Part shown: positions 27,201 to 36,945 of the stretch, piece after piece | How positions within the stretch are numbered: the stretch's first letter is position 1 | Layout of the letters: each line of letters starts with the position of its first letter | Source of the DNA: Lytechinus pictus | Lineage: Eukaryota | Length of the DNA: 64,000 bases | Direction: 5' to 3' | NCBI RefSeq assembly: GCF_037042905.1 | Contig: NC_087252.1 | Span: forward strand, 434,001-498,000 | Made by a program: the position numbers and the translations under genes | Notes under the pieces: generated by a model | The model's database searches: none | Seen by the model: the letters and a program-made list of their open reading frames with translations, nothing else | Told to the model about the DNA's origin: nothing

Positions 27201-29223
27201 AAACATCAACTCAGAATTTGCAGCAAGGTAAAGCAATCTAAATTGTGCTTCCAACACCAACACAGAACTTGTAATTACCCAACATCCTAGAAACATACCT
27301 CAACATGTCCTTCTGTGACGTTGGTGTTGGCCATCAATCTGTGTAGAATATCCATGAGCTTGTCTGAGCTAACCCCGCCATACGTCTGCACTCCATCCGT
27401 ACATAGCAGGGGTAGGTACAGCTGAAGCGATTTAAACAAAATTAGAAGATATCTTTAATCAAACGCAGACTACATTTTTTTTTTTTTATTATTTATTTAT
27501 GCGTCAATTTTGTAAAGAACAGTTTCAACAGTATAAATATTATGACCATACATGTAGTATCTACAGTTGAAAAATAATTCATATTGTTGAATACATGTAC
27601 ATCAAGAGTCATTTAAGAAGATATAATACTAATGTGTTTTTTTGACTGTGAAAGATAACAGCATACAGCCAAAGCCTAAAGATATGTGAAATTAAAAGAA
27701 AATGATATATATTGAATCTTCTTTTATTTGAACAATAAGGTAAGAGAATCAAAGTAAAGAAATATTTGAGGACCATTCTAATGAACGTTGTCAGGAATGA
27801 CAAGTAGTCATTATCATAATAACATTTAGACGTCTGTGCTTCACAGCCAATGAAAATAAGTTGAAAACCAAGGAAAATTGTCAGAATCAATAACTTATCT
27901 GTCAGATGTTGATGAACTCCTACATGTAACTTACCTCCTTAGAAAGTAGTTCCAGCTGATTGAGAACTATATTATTACAGTCTGAAAACACAACATCAGT
28001 CCTGATGTTCTCTTTGGTTAGTTTAGTAGCCTGGTTTGTCTTGATGAAGAAAACCCCCTTGGTGCGGACATCATTGGGAGGTAAGAGAGACGCCACCAAT
28101 GTGTTCTTGGGCTCTCGGGTATAGATGAAGAGACGACGGACGTCCTCATTGTTGCAGAATTCCAGAAAGGCATGCCTTTTGGAAGGAAAACATTGGTGGA
28201 ATAATACATTACCATAAAGATTTAACAGTCAAACATCGCTATTCAGGCTACCAAGGGAAATGAAAAAAGCTGCCTCTGGGGACTGGTGGTTTTTGTAGAC
28301 AGGTTCTTTATCATATATTCCTTTCGAATGGGAGACAATTTTGATGGCCACTAAAGAAAGCTTTTCACTATAGATAGATGGCCGATAAGACAGGATTGAC
28401 TGCATTTGACTTACAGACACCATGGAAGGTCAATTACTTCTGGTATACATGATATAGTGTTGAAATGTCAAAAGTTATTATATTATGGTACTTTTTCAAA
28501 TTATTATTTCATGCAATTTTGGTGGCCACTAAGATAAGTTCTCACTATAAAGACAGGTGGCTGCTAAGAGCATGTTTGACTGTATTTGACTAATGGATTC
28601 CATGGAAGATGTTACTTTAGTACTTTTGGTGGATATAGTGTTCATACATGTACATGTATGTCAGAAGATATTTTGGCTCATATTACATGTATGTCACTTT
28701 TCAAGGGAAGCATTTCATGAAGCATCTTGTCAGTAATTTTCATACTAATTTGCTTTCAGCCAATCACATGCAAGGTTTTCAGTAGCTTATAATAGTTTTC
28801 AGTGAAGATCACTGATTACTTGTTCCATGAAATGCTCCCCTTTTGTTCATAAAGTCAACAAATGGAGATATGAAAAGCAGAATGAACAAATATGATAAAT
28901 ATTACAGTAGATTAAACAAATAGAGACAAGGGGTCTCAAGGGTGAACAAAATAACCCCCCCCCAAAAAAAAATCAAAAAATAATAATAATAAAATAATAA
29001 TGATAGTAATAGTGCCCTTTTATAACATTTTGTTGTAAAACAGTATTTACTTAAAACTAATCAAACAGTGTAATGTCAGAAACACCTGCCAAATTAAAAG
29101 AAACTACAAACTCCCATACCTGTTCTCATCGCCAGCAAACAAGGCCTTGAGATCATCATTCCTGGGACGCAGACTTGATGTGATCCGAGTCTCAAGGAAT
29201 CTTAGTCTTTCATCCACCTCCAT
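39..29223 (-). CDS. Axonemal dynein heavy chain, outer-arm beta-like (DNAH9/11/17-type tail), 5' 25 coding exons, 1460 aa; gene continues beyond position 1
   Basis: 25 GT-AG exons join in one frame with matching phases (4380 nt). Starts MEVDERLRFLETRITSSLRP. DHC N-terminal motifs: HVLESTVVGWIKQIK, PFPLDEVNLW, DLERRLASVLRQSFCQC, LHVNLDPELLLLLREVHYL, WIRCDLEPIKQVLTTYASRW. No motor domain in the window, so exact orthology is not assigned. Confidence 0.93.
725..786 (-). CDS. Dynein HC coding exon 24
   Basis: DLIELQDLLETAVVNFTILP, phase 0/2. Confidence 0.88.
2405..2554 (-). CDS. Dynein HC coding exon 23
   Basis: DLAEFGERVEAL...LDNEAQ. Confidence 0.9.
2960..3282 (-). mobile_element. tRNA-derived SINE, related family
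   Basis: B-box-like GTTTGAATCCC, core CACTCTCGACCCAGGTG, AAT tail. Confidence 0.7.
3355..3567 (-). CDS. Dynein HC coding exon 22
   Basis: VSAKQQEMDGQF...LLKKYGQALPE...PGRWNNLK...SITK. Confidence 0.9.
4069..4191 (-). CDS. Dynein HC coding exon 21
   Basis: VTALLMDLDFFLKRIEPEI...MRIFNE. Confidence 0.9.
4568..4708 (-). CDS. Dynein HC coding exon 20
   Basis: TARDEII...GWIRCDLEPIKQVL...YLSDQ. Confidence 0.92.
5208..5352 (-). CDS. Dynein HC coding exon 19
   Basis: ASSASNYS...VPSLDLFDSEIDIYK. Confidence 0.9.
5797..6396. mobile_element. Kolobok-like foldback MITE, family A copy 1
   Basis: TTAA|AGGACAAGTCCA...TGGACTTGACCT|TTAA, long imperfect TIRs; homologous to 39846 and 45890. Confidence 0.85.
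6699..6883 (-). CDS. Dynein HC coding exon 18
   Basis: KLLELFKSYTFLWMHDINETFDEFLHG...SAHSG. Confidence 0.92.
7447..7542 (-). CDS. Dynein HC coding exon 17
   Basis: GGYKDYISVDDEV...SEECK. Confidence 0.9.
8287..8469 (-). CDS. Dynein HC coding exon 16
   Basis: TEEPNIPILTIRMEL...FTPPL...SPLAE. Confidence 0.92.
9166..9388 (-). CDS. Dynein HC coding exon 15
   Basis: TLNEEIERLIKPSGLRIH...SPAWEEYVDHIDALVLDGL...NVSE. Confidence 0.92.
9715..9922. mobile_element. Palindromic MITE (PIF/Harbinger-like)
   Basis: GGGGGGTGTTTCACAAAGATTTA...TAAATCTTTGTGAAACACCCCCC. Confidence 0.75.
10096..10331 (-). CDS. Dynein HC coding exon 14
   Basis: LLEQGLSHYTWK...LLDWQ. Confidence 0.92.
11040..11330 (-). CDS. Dynein HC coding exon 13
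   Basis: TAEDYDEE...VNLDPELLLLLREVHYL...ERPLFERKLGKIDH. Confidence 0.93.
12131..12313 (-). CDS. Dynein HC coding exon 12
   Basis: EPMEKLKRV...RLKQPLL. Confidence 0.92.
12900..13187 (-). CDS. Dynein HC coding exon 11
   Basis: DLERRLASVLRQSFCQC...NLPPIVCKLTWVGALKRRIK. Confidence 0.93.
13254..13415 (-). repeat. Diverged 156-bp tandem copy of the dynein exon 11 acceptor and 5' end
   Basis: ag|GATCTTGAGAGGCGATTAGCCAG at both 13343 and 13187; the copy has TAA at 13310-13308. Confidence 0.9.
13721..13952 (-). CDS. Dynein HC coding exon 10
   Basis: CNDLLELVQTTRHF...EVGGAGTKSL...FRSVVK. Confidence 0.92.
14335..14544 (-). CDS. Dynein HC coding exon 9
   Basis: NLNPPKGVLYNSRLY...WPPRNAPCFNLLNSFMER, phase 2/2. 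Confidence 0.88.
14950..15190 (-). repeat. Tandem partial copies of the dynein exon 9 acceptor and 5' end
   Basis: cttactctag|GAACCTGAA...TCTCAGAA repeated at 15031, about 15126 and as a fragment near 15180. Confidence 0.9.
15216..18452 (+). pseudogene. Decayed antisense gene nested in dynein intron 8, identity unknown
   Basis: Phase-0 exon-like units 17116-17187, 17262-17336, 17494-17568, then a phase-0 terminal exon 17979-18452 with a frameshift and stops; protein-like piece at 15216-15441. Confidence 0.5.
18751..18872 (-). CDS. Dynein HC coding exon 8
   Basis: SYAGLKEALKVCAAYRGTYLD...ETAEA, phase 0/2. Confidence 0.88.
19142..23817. mobile_element. Non-autonomous piggyBac-type DNA transposon, 4676 bp
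   Basis: TTAA target duplications (19138-41, 23818-21), perfect 13-bp TIR CCCTTTGCGTGCG, subterminal repeats, no transposase ORF. Confidence 0.9.
24144..24255 (-). CDS. Dynein HC coding exon 7
   Basis: YYHHDFVFHNLLELVSNEVVARA...NTIQ. Confidence 0.9.
24987..25135 (-). CDS. Dynein HC coding exon 6
   Basis: ALAETNENLMFLGTL...PLVHTLMLVWSHS. Confidence 0.9.
25996..26217 (-). CDS. Dynein HC coding exon 5
   Basis: LVLKHEP...PFPLDEVNLW...REIGQ. Confidence 0.92.
26285..26575 (-). mobile_element. tRNA-derived SINE, family 1
   Basis: A box TGGCCCAGTGG, B box GGTTCAAATCC, core CCCAGGTGAGGTGAATGGGTACC, L2-like tail; homologous to 55980. Confidence 0.85.
26989..27114 (-). CDS. Dynein HC coding exon 4
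   Basis: GQISLPLP...HVLESTVVGWIKQIK. Confidence 0.92.
27299..27421 (-). CDS. Dynein HC coding exon 3
   Basis: LYLPLLCTDG...TEGHVE, phase 0/0. Confidence 0.88.
27935..28175 (-). CDS. Dynein HC coding exon 2
   Basis: HAFLEFCNNEDVRRLFIY...KGVFFIK...LELLSKE, phase 2/0. Confidence 0.88.
29120..29223 (-). CDS. Dynein HC coding exon 1
   Basis: MEVDERLRFLETRITSSLRPRNDDLKALFAGDENR; acceptor before 29268, donor AG|gtatg. Confidence 0.8.
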
Positions 29224-29508
29224 ACTGCTGGCTGGATTACTTATTGTTGAGAGTAATTTCTATCATACCTGGAAAGAAATACAAGATAAGAAAGCTACAA
29301 TGTAAAAGGGTCTTGTATTTTGATGACATGTTGCGGAAATTCACCAGAATGTTTTGAGAGTTCAACTGATCATTAGCTGTCAAGCTAAGATTTACCTCAT
29401 GTTACCAACAAAAAATCGATTTCTTCTAGAGAATACCTGTTATATATGATGACGCAATTACATTAAGGGTAATAATATTATAGCACTTCAAACAAAAAAC
29501 ATATCATT

Positions 29509-30459
29509 AACAAGTGGAATGCCTCTGGCCGTCTCACCTGCATCACGCGATTCAATACAGCAGCAGTGCTGATTTTGAAAACTACTATAACTCGCACAAG
29601 ATGTTCAGTGATACTTGGTTACTCTTATTTACACGTTTTATGAACTAGACCAATACACTTATAGAGATATGATGGCAATTTAACAAATACCCCCAACGTG
29701 GCCAAAGTTCTTTGACCTTACATGACCTTGATCATGTGACCTGAAACTCGCACAGGATGTTCAGTGATACTTGATTACTCTTATGTCCAAGTTTTATGAA
29801 CTAGACCAACACACTTTCAAATTTATGGCTGTAATTCAACAAATACCCCAATTTGGCCAAAGTTCATTGACCCTAAATGACCTTTGACCTTGATCATGTG
29901 ACCTGAAACTTGCACAGGATGTTCAGTAATACTTGATTACTATTATGTCCAAGTTTCATGAATCAGATCCATAAACTTTTAAAGTTATTATGGTAATTCA
30001 ACAGATACCCCCAATTCGGCCAAAGTTCATTGACCCTAAATGACCTTTGACCTTGGTCATGTGACGTGAAACTCATGCAGGATGTTCAGTGATACTTGAT
30101 TAACCTTATGTATAAGTTTCATGAACTAGGTCCATATATTTTCTAAGTTATGATGACATTTCAAAAACTTAACCTTAGGTTAAGATTTTGATGTTGATTC
30201 CCCCAACATGGTCTAAGTTCATTGACCCTAAATGACCTTTGACCTTGGTCATGTGACATGCAACTCAGGCAGGATGTTCAGTAATACTTGATTAACCTTA
30301 TGGCCAAGTTTCATGAACTAGGTCCATATACTTTCTAAGTTATGCTGTCATTTCAAAAACTTAACCTCAGGTTAAGATTTGGTGTTGACGCCGCCGTCGC
30401 CGTCGCCGTCGGAAAAGCGGCGCCTATAGTCTCACTCTGCTATGCAGGTGAGACAAAAA
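29509..30459 (+). mobile_element. Helentron-associated / pearl-type non-autonomous element with internal tandem repeats, copy 1
   Basis: Starts AACAAG; subterminal IR GTCTCACCTGCAT / ATGCAGGTGAGAC; about five 150-180 bp TGACCTTTGACCTT-containing units; (GCC/GTC)n microsatellite; 3' hairpin. Confidence 0.8.
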
Positions 30460-30926
30460 TCAATCAGACTTCGGATAATGCCCAAGACATACAACTTGCA
30501 AAAACCCTCCCTAAAATCGACATCTCATGAGTCATGGCTGTTTTTTCCAAGTCGAAGACAGAAAATCATAGATCTATATTTCTCTCAAATTTTTATGAGA
30601 TTTTTGACACTCTTACTCTTACTTAGAGTCTTGCTTGTTATAGGAATAGGGTCTAGTAATAGATTTTTACATTATCGACTGAAAATTTTGTGGAATTAAG
30701 AAAAAAATAATGCTTAATTGTAACCCCCCCCCCACTCAAGGGTTCATTACATGCCGCCGTGCACAAGAAAATCAAGGCACGACGCATGCAGGCAACTCTC
30801 TATGAGCTGATCCTTTCACTTCTTTGGAGATTCCTGGAGTCCAGATGATAAACCTCCATCGGATTGCACGAAATTAGATACTTTGACGAAATCTAAAATC
30901 TAATGAAATGGTTCCATTTCACTTAC

Positions 30927-31020
30927 CAATCGATGTAAAGTCTCTTTGGTGAATTTTTTTTAAACTTGACTTTTGAATAAAGGATATTTTTCCTTGCTGT
31001 TAACGTCGGTGCTAGGGACC
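30927..31020 (-). promoter_or_regulatory. Candidate non-coding first exon and RFX X-box-like promoter of the dynein gene
   Basis: Donor G|gtaagt at 30927/30926; GGTCCCTAGCACC (31020-31008) resembles the X-box GTYNCYATRGNAAC typical of ciliary gene promoters. Confidence 0.45.
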
Positions 31021-31239
31021 TCTGTGCAAACCAATTTTCGACTAAGGAGGACGCGCAATTTACATTCATTCATTACACGGAAAAGACTAGGCACTATTAC
31101 ACTATTTTACATGCAAATCGATGCCAAGCTTTACACGAAGTCGGCAAGTGTCCAATCTTTCAAGTATAGACTTTGGTGGACGTTTGTTGACAAACGAACA
31201 AAGACTGGCACTGCTGGCTTTGTTCAAGGCACATAGAAT

Positions 31240-32260
31240 TTTCAAATTCATTTATTTCACATCTGTAAAAAACATACAAGATACAATATATCGAGATCAA
31301 TCAAAATGGTTCCATAGTAAAGGAGTAATGAATATTGTAAAATGACAAATTAACAAAAATAACAAAATACATAGGGTAATGAATGCGATGTGGGGGAATA
31401 GCAAAAGCCAAATAGACCTATCAAGGCTACTCCCTGATTAACATTCATTACCGAAAAAAGACCATCCTGCAATCAATATATTAGATTGCAAGAAACACAC
31501 ATTTCAAAATAAACGAAATCAACAAACTAATGAAGAATTTGAATAAAAACAACAACTATATTACAAAAAAATATATTTAAAAAACATACACATAAAAGCA
31601 AGCAAGCTTATTCACTGAGAACATGGTGAAGTATACATATTTAGAAGGTAATACTTATATCTTACTTTAAATGAATTTTATTTCAGGGGGCAAACTGTTC
31701 CATATGAGTGGTCCACTATAACTTATGACTGTTCTTGAGAAAGAAAAACGGTAAAAAGGAATGTATAAATTATCAGAATTTCTCGTATTATATTTGTTTA
31801 CACTGCGATTTGTTTTAAAATAACTGTTGAATGTGTCAGGCAACTGATTCCTGTAGTATGAAAACATAAAACTTGCAGTGTGAAGTTATGTATATCATAA
31901 ATTTTTAGAATCTTTAATTTACAGAATAATTGATGAGAGTGAGCTAAATATGGGGAATTTGTTATTATTCTTATTGCCCGTTTTTTGTAAGCGAAATAAT
32001 TGTAGCATTAAATAATTTGCACAGTCCCCCCATACGATATTGCAATAGCTGAGATGCGTGAGTATCATTGTATTGTATAATTGAACACGAATATGTAATG
32101 GTATTAAAGTCACCTTTGATTCTATTAAGTACACCAATGGTTTGAGAAATCTTCATAGAAATATTATTTACATGTTGTTTATTTTCTATTTTTGCTTTAA
32201 TTTGTCTTCGCTTTAAATGATTTCCAAAAAGTGAATATCATCAGCGATAATAATCTAAAA
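31240..32260 (-). mobile_element. 5'-truncated LINE (CR1/L2/Crack group), RT C-terminus and 3' UTR
   Basis: Frameshifted ISQTIGVLNRIK / LYNTMILTHLSYCNIVWG / KYNTRNSDNLYIP...YSGPLIWNSLP. Confidence 0.88.
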
Positions 32261-33896
32261 GTATATTTTTGAAGGTATTGCATCTATTGGTGTCCATATT
32301 CTATCAAACAATCATAGGACTTGCGCATACAATGACTTTGACAGTTATAAAATACCTACGAGCTGTATTAAGGTTGTGAATTTTATTAGCGCCACCATCG
32401 AGCTTCCTTTTATCTCTGTGGAACAGACATGCAAAGAAATAACTGATTTCTTTGTTGTATTGAAATTATTTTGGATCGGGCCTACATGTACTTGAATGTG
32501 GATTTATACAACAATATTTGTATCATGATTGCACAGTATGAACTCAATGCTCACAATATTTTCATTAATCATAGTTTTCTACTAGAGCTAAATTTGGGAA
32601 GATTTTGTAGGAAAACTGAGCAAAGACCGGGTTATCCAGACTTTAAAAAAAGCCTGGATTTTGAGTGACACTACACAAAACCACTCACACGTATTGCGAG
32701 GTTAGTATTAGTATACTAACCTCGCACCACGAACCGCGTTTGGCAGTGGATTTCTAACTAGTGGGTCGCCCGTGCTGGGATCTCACTTCTTGGGTCCACA
32801 ACACACGACTTCTATGGCTTGATTTTTCTGTGCGCGGCGGCATGTAATGAACCCTTGGGTGCACAAAACATATGGCGTTGTAACGTTAGGCTTCCCGAAA
32901 GTCGATTCCGCGTTTGCTCCCTTTTCATCACAAATTCACAAAACTTTCACCATAGATACACAATTACCTACAAAATAAAATTCTGAAAATTTTGCCAAAA
33001 TCGTTTTTCTTTTTTTATATTAGTACTACATGTAGCTTCCAATCGGACCCCTCTTCGCATGTGAAATATTTTGGTCACTTGAAAAAGGTATCATATATTA
33101 TAAACCGAAGGAATGTTTATTATGGGAAAAGTTGAGGAAACAACAAAATCACTGATGTCTGTGATGAGCTATTTGGACCATATTCGATTATTTTTTTAAT
33201 ATTAAGACTTTGAAAAAATGTTTTTGACCATTTTTGATCATCTTTCTTTTCAAGTTCCCTTTGGAAGGATGTTGCAAAGTTTTGAGCGTATGAAATTGTT
33301 TTCTAACGCGTACCGGTACATACGATGCGCGTGTTCGGTAACATTACACAATCAATGACAAGGCCGGTCGGACGTCGTAATAAACAACACAGTCACACAG
33401 CCTACACACTACCTGGAGCAAAGTTCGTAACGGTTCCACTCCACTTCACTACCGCTACACTACGCTCCACCTACCCGAACTTCAGGACGGTGAACCAGTT
33501 CGGATATACCGAGTCACAAAGGTGGGATGAAATAATGGTTTATTGTAAAAATTACAGAAAAAAATATAACAAAAAAGATAAATAGCTTAATATCTTACTC
33601 TACACCCGTATTTCACTCAGTGTCGGCGTGTCCATCCTCCGGTTATCCTCAAAATTGGTGATTTTGGGCAAGTATCAAATTCCTTACACGTATTATTCAC
33701 GGCCGATTTCAAAACAATGCATGCAACGAACGTAGAGGGCAGCAACACACATCAGTGTTGCTATTAGGAAGGTCCACTCGTTACGCGCATACAATGTTTT
33801 GAAATCGGCCGTGAATAATACGTGTGAGGAATTTGATACTGGCCCAAAATCACCAATTTTATTAAGCTATTTATCTTTTTCGTTATATTTTTTTTC

Positions 33897-34145
33897 TAGA
33901 AAGTCAAAAAGGGGCCTAAGCTTTCGATCCTAGCAGAATCTTCGTCGGAGGCATTAAAAGGGGCCTAAGCTATCGATCCTAGCAGAATCTTCGTCGGAGG
34001 TATTTTGCCTCCGACGAAGATTCTGCTAGGATCGAAAGCTTAGCCTTAGGCCCCTTTTTTACTTTCTAATTTACTCCATTGGCTCTCTTTTATTAATATT
34101 AGATAGGCCTAGGCCTAAGCAGTTTTCAGCGGCTTCTTTTTGCCA
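33897..34145. mobile_element. Penelope-like pLTR fragment with tandem and inverted hammerhead-like motifs
   Basis: Three copies of gcct-CCGACGA-a-GATTCT(gct)AGGATC-GAAA-GC-TT-aggc, two on minus and one on plus. Confidence 0.65.
33914..33952 (-). ncRNA. Minimal type I hammerhead ribozyme variant
   Basis: Stem I gcct/aggc, core CCGACGA (U4C variant of CUGANGA), 6-bp stem II, GAAA, palindromic AGCU stem III, UU cleavage site. Confidence 0.55.
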
Positions 34146-34760
34146 TATTTTTTTTCTGTAATTTTTACAATAAACCATCATTTCATCCCACCTTTGTCAC
34201 TCAGTATATCCGAACTGGTTCACCGTCCCGAAGTTCGGGTAGGTGGAGCGTAGCCGTAGACTAGAGTGTAACTTTTTACTAAATTTTAGGCTGTGAAGAC
34301 TGAACTTCTGAAGTGGAGTACCGAGTACTAGTAGTAGAGCCTGCACGAACTTCGCCCGAGGTACAGTCATGACAGTGCACACACAAACAGAACTTAAGTT
34401 CTGTTTGTGTGTGCACAGGTAACAGAAATGTGAAGATATAAATGTGGGAGGACAACTCGCGCCGATTACTAGTAAGTTGGACTTTACCGTGGCCGTGGGG
34501 TGCACAAGCGATACCTCAGACGAGCCTGGCCAAGCCAGAGCTACCGGCCGCGAGACGGGGTAGCGCTCGATCGGCATGATCAGAGCTCTGCCTACGCCTA
34601 CGGCTACAGCCCACAGCACAGGCTACACACCGCACCCGGCATCTGATCGCTAATTGATCGGGGTTTTTTAGCAATTCCATCATGGTGCGTAATACTACTT
34701 CACATTTTTTTAAAGAATAATAGCTTGACAAATAAATAATAATGAGAACCTCATACTTAC

Positions 34761-34846
34761 CATTATTGTGCATGATGAAAGATCAAATTAATAAACGATT
34801 TCAATATTCAATTCCACTTTTTTGATGACACCGGTTGCCTAGCGCC
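34761..34846 (-). promoter_or_regulatory. Second candidate first exon with X-box-like site
   Basis: GTTGCCTAGCGCC at 34834-34846, then about 70 nt to a G|gtaagt donor at 34761/34760. Confidence 0.35.
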
Positions 34847-35702
34847 TTTGAATTTCAATGGTGCCACCACGCCCTCTACGTCGAATCGATGGGGATTTTG
34901 CACCATTGGCGTTGCGATTGCTAGAAAATACTGTATTTTTCAGTCAAAGATGATTTTATTTTCCAAATATTACAAATTATAATGCATGTGAGTTATAAGA
35001 AAAAAAGAAGAATACTAAAAAAAAATACATTGATTAGGAAAAAAGGAATCAAGCAGAAAGCAAATCTTGTATGGTTTTAGATATCGTAAAAATTAATCTT
35101 GCAATTAAAAATGATTTTATTTCCCAAATCTTAAAAAGTTAAATATAAGTTAAGTTACAAGAAGAAAAACAAATCAATAAAATTAAATGATAAGAACAAA
35201 AAGGAAACAAGCAGAAAGCAAATCTTGCAAATATAATGGCTTTAAGTAAAATATAGGTCCTTTTCATAGAGAAATTTACATAATCAAATTCACAATATTT
35301 TATAGAACAACTTTACTATCCAATCTGTTATTGTGAATTTCTTATTATAACACGTTTATGAAACGGGTCTATTTGAAGGTCTCAGTTAACTATAGGCCTA
35401 TTACTATAATATATTTACGTATAGATTGTTATTAGTATTATTGCTATTTATTTTTGTTGTTATTTTTATTTCATTCTTATTTTTCATTAGGCCTATTTCA
35501 TTCTTTAACATTCTGTTAATTTTTTCCAACATTGGGTGGGGTCCAAAAAGATGATAAGCCTATATATGTGGCCCATCATACAGGCAGATTTGCCTGTCAG
35601 TAGACAGGGGCGTCGACCCCCCCCCCCCCTTCTGCTTATAAATGGGAACTATTCCAACAAAGTGTCACATGATAAATTAGTCTAAAATATCTGTGACCCG
35701 AC

Positions 35703-36114
35703 TCAGTTAAAAATAATTTAAACAACGCTGTTTACTATGTGAATCCCACAGTAGTTGTTTAAACATTTTAAACAATTTGTTTAAAATGTTAAATAACAAA
35801 GTTTTAATTAAAATATTTATTAATAATTTAAGCACGCGGTTGTTTAAGATTTTAAACACTTGTTTAAACAACTACTGCACAGTAAAACAAAATTATACAA
35901 CGCTGTTTACTATATGAACCTTATATACAGTAATTGTTTAAACAGTTTAAACAAGTATAATCTTCAATAAATTAAACATGATTGTTTAAACGGTTAAACA
36001 AATACTGTAAGGTTCATTTATATTAAACAGCGTTGTATAAAATCTTAAACAGCGTTTTTACTGTGTGTGCGATTCTCATAGTATAACAGCGTTGTTTAAA
36101 TTATCTTTAACTGT
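35703..36114. mobile_element. AT-rich foldback element with a nested relative (CACAG...CTGTG, about 35878-36066)
   Basis: Repeated TTTAAACAAC / AACAGCGTTG inverted arms. Confidence 0.6.
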
Positions 36115-36281
36115 AATTACCGTCAATAAAACAAGGATTTAACGAGTCCTTTTTCAGCAAAGTTAGTTAAAAGTATAACATGTCTGTAACCCTATCCTTT
36201 GTATACATTATTATCCTCAATAAGAAAAAAAAATCTTGATCGAATTCAAGTGTAAAGATATAGGGCCTATTTCCTACTTCA

Positions 36282-36945
36282 CCGGGGGGGGGGGGGGGGA
36301 GAGCACTTCCATTGACGAGGGATACCATGTGCGTGACCATGGGGGTTCAAAAAGCACCCCGCAATGTCCCTAACACGTATTGGAAACAAAACGGTGCCCC
36401 GGTATTCCCCGAATCGACCCCCTAAACAAGTACAACAATATCTGAATTGTTATGTCACGGACGTGATCACGGACTTCGGCTTTACCTTTACTTTCATTAA
36501 CCACCCCACGTCACACCTCGCTCAAATCGGACCCTAAACAGGGGGGGGGGGGGGGGGGCTTCAGCCCCCACTTTTTTCCAAAACCGTGTACAAAACGTAA
36601 AAATGACCATATGATTGTGATTTTGTGCATGGTCAGCCCCCCCCCCCCCCCCACTTTGAAAACCGTTCCGCGGCCCCTGCTAAACACCGTAGTGTTTAAT
36701 GGGGCAAAAAGTACATCGATCCTTCAATAAAGTTTTAGTATTTTTATACCCTCGCAAATTGGACCGTAACACGCAGTTTTCCGAACGAAATATATACCTT
36801 TTTTTCATTATTTTTGTGCTTTTGACAGTATTACGTTACGTTTGTAAAGTGCCGTATCTTCACTTGAAAAAAAGAAATAACTTTTACGTGTTTTTTGTGT
36901 CGCGCATGGTATCCATGCACTCGTCAATGGAAGTGGCCCCCGGGC
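36282..36945. mobile_element. TIR element with a nested short element (about 36538-36679)
   Basis: CACTTCCATTGACGAG...GATACCATG / CATGGTATC...CTCGTCAATGGAAGTG inverted ends. Confidence 0.7.

Larger units (their letters stand above)
33415..34360. repeat. Large palindrome (foldback element) interrupted by a Penelope-like insert
   Basis: 33460-33590 is the reverse complement of 33860-33895 plus 34145-34255; inner palindrome 33651-33860. Confidence 0.85.

Noticed and set aside
29600..30370. Regularly spaced repeats resembling a CRISPR array
   Set aside because: Whole units are homologous with no unique spacers, the context is eukaryotic and there are no cas genes; these are internal repeats of a Helentron/pearl-type element.
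33325..34619. Two ORFs sharing LRSTYPNF.TVNQFGYTE on opposite strands
   Set aside because: Consequence of the DNA palindrome, not a duplicated gene.
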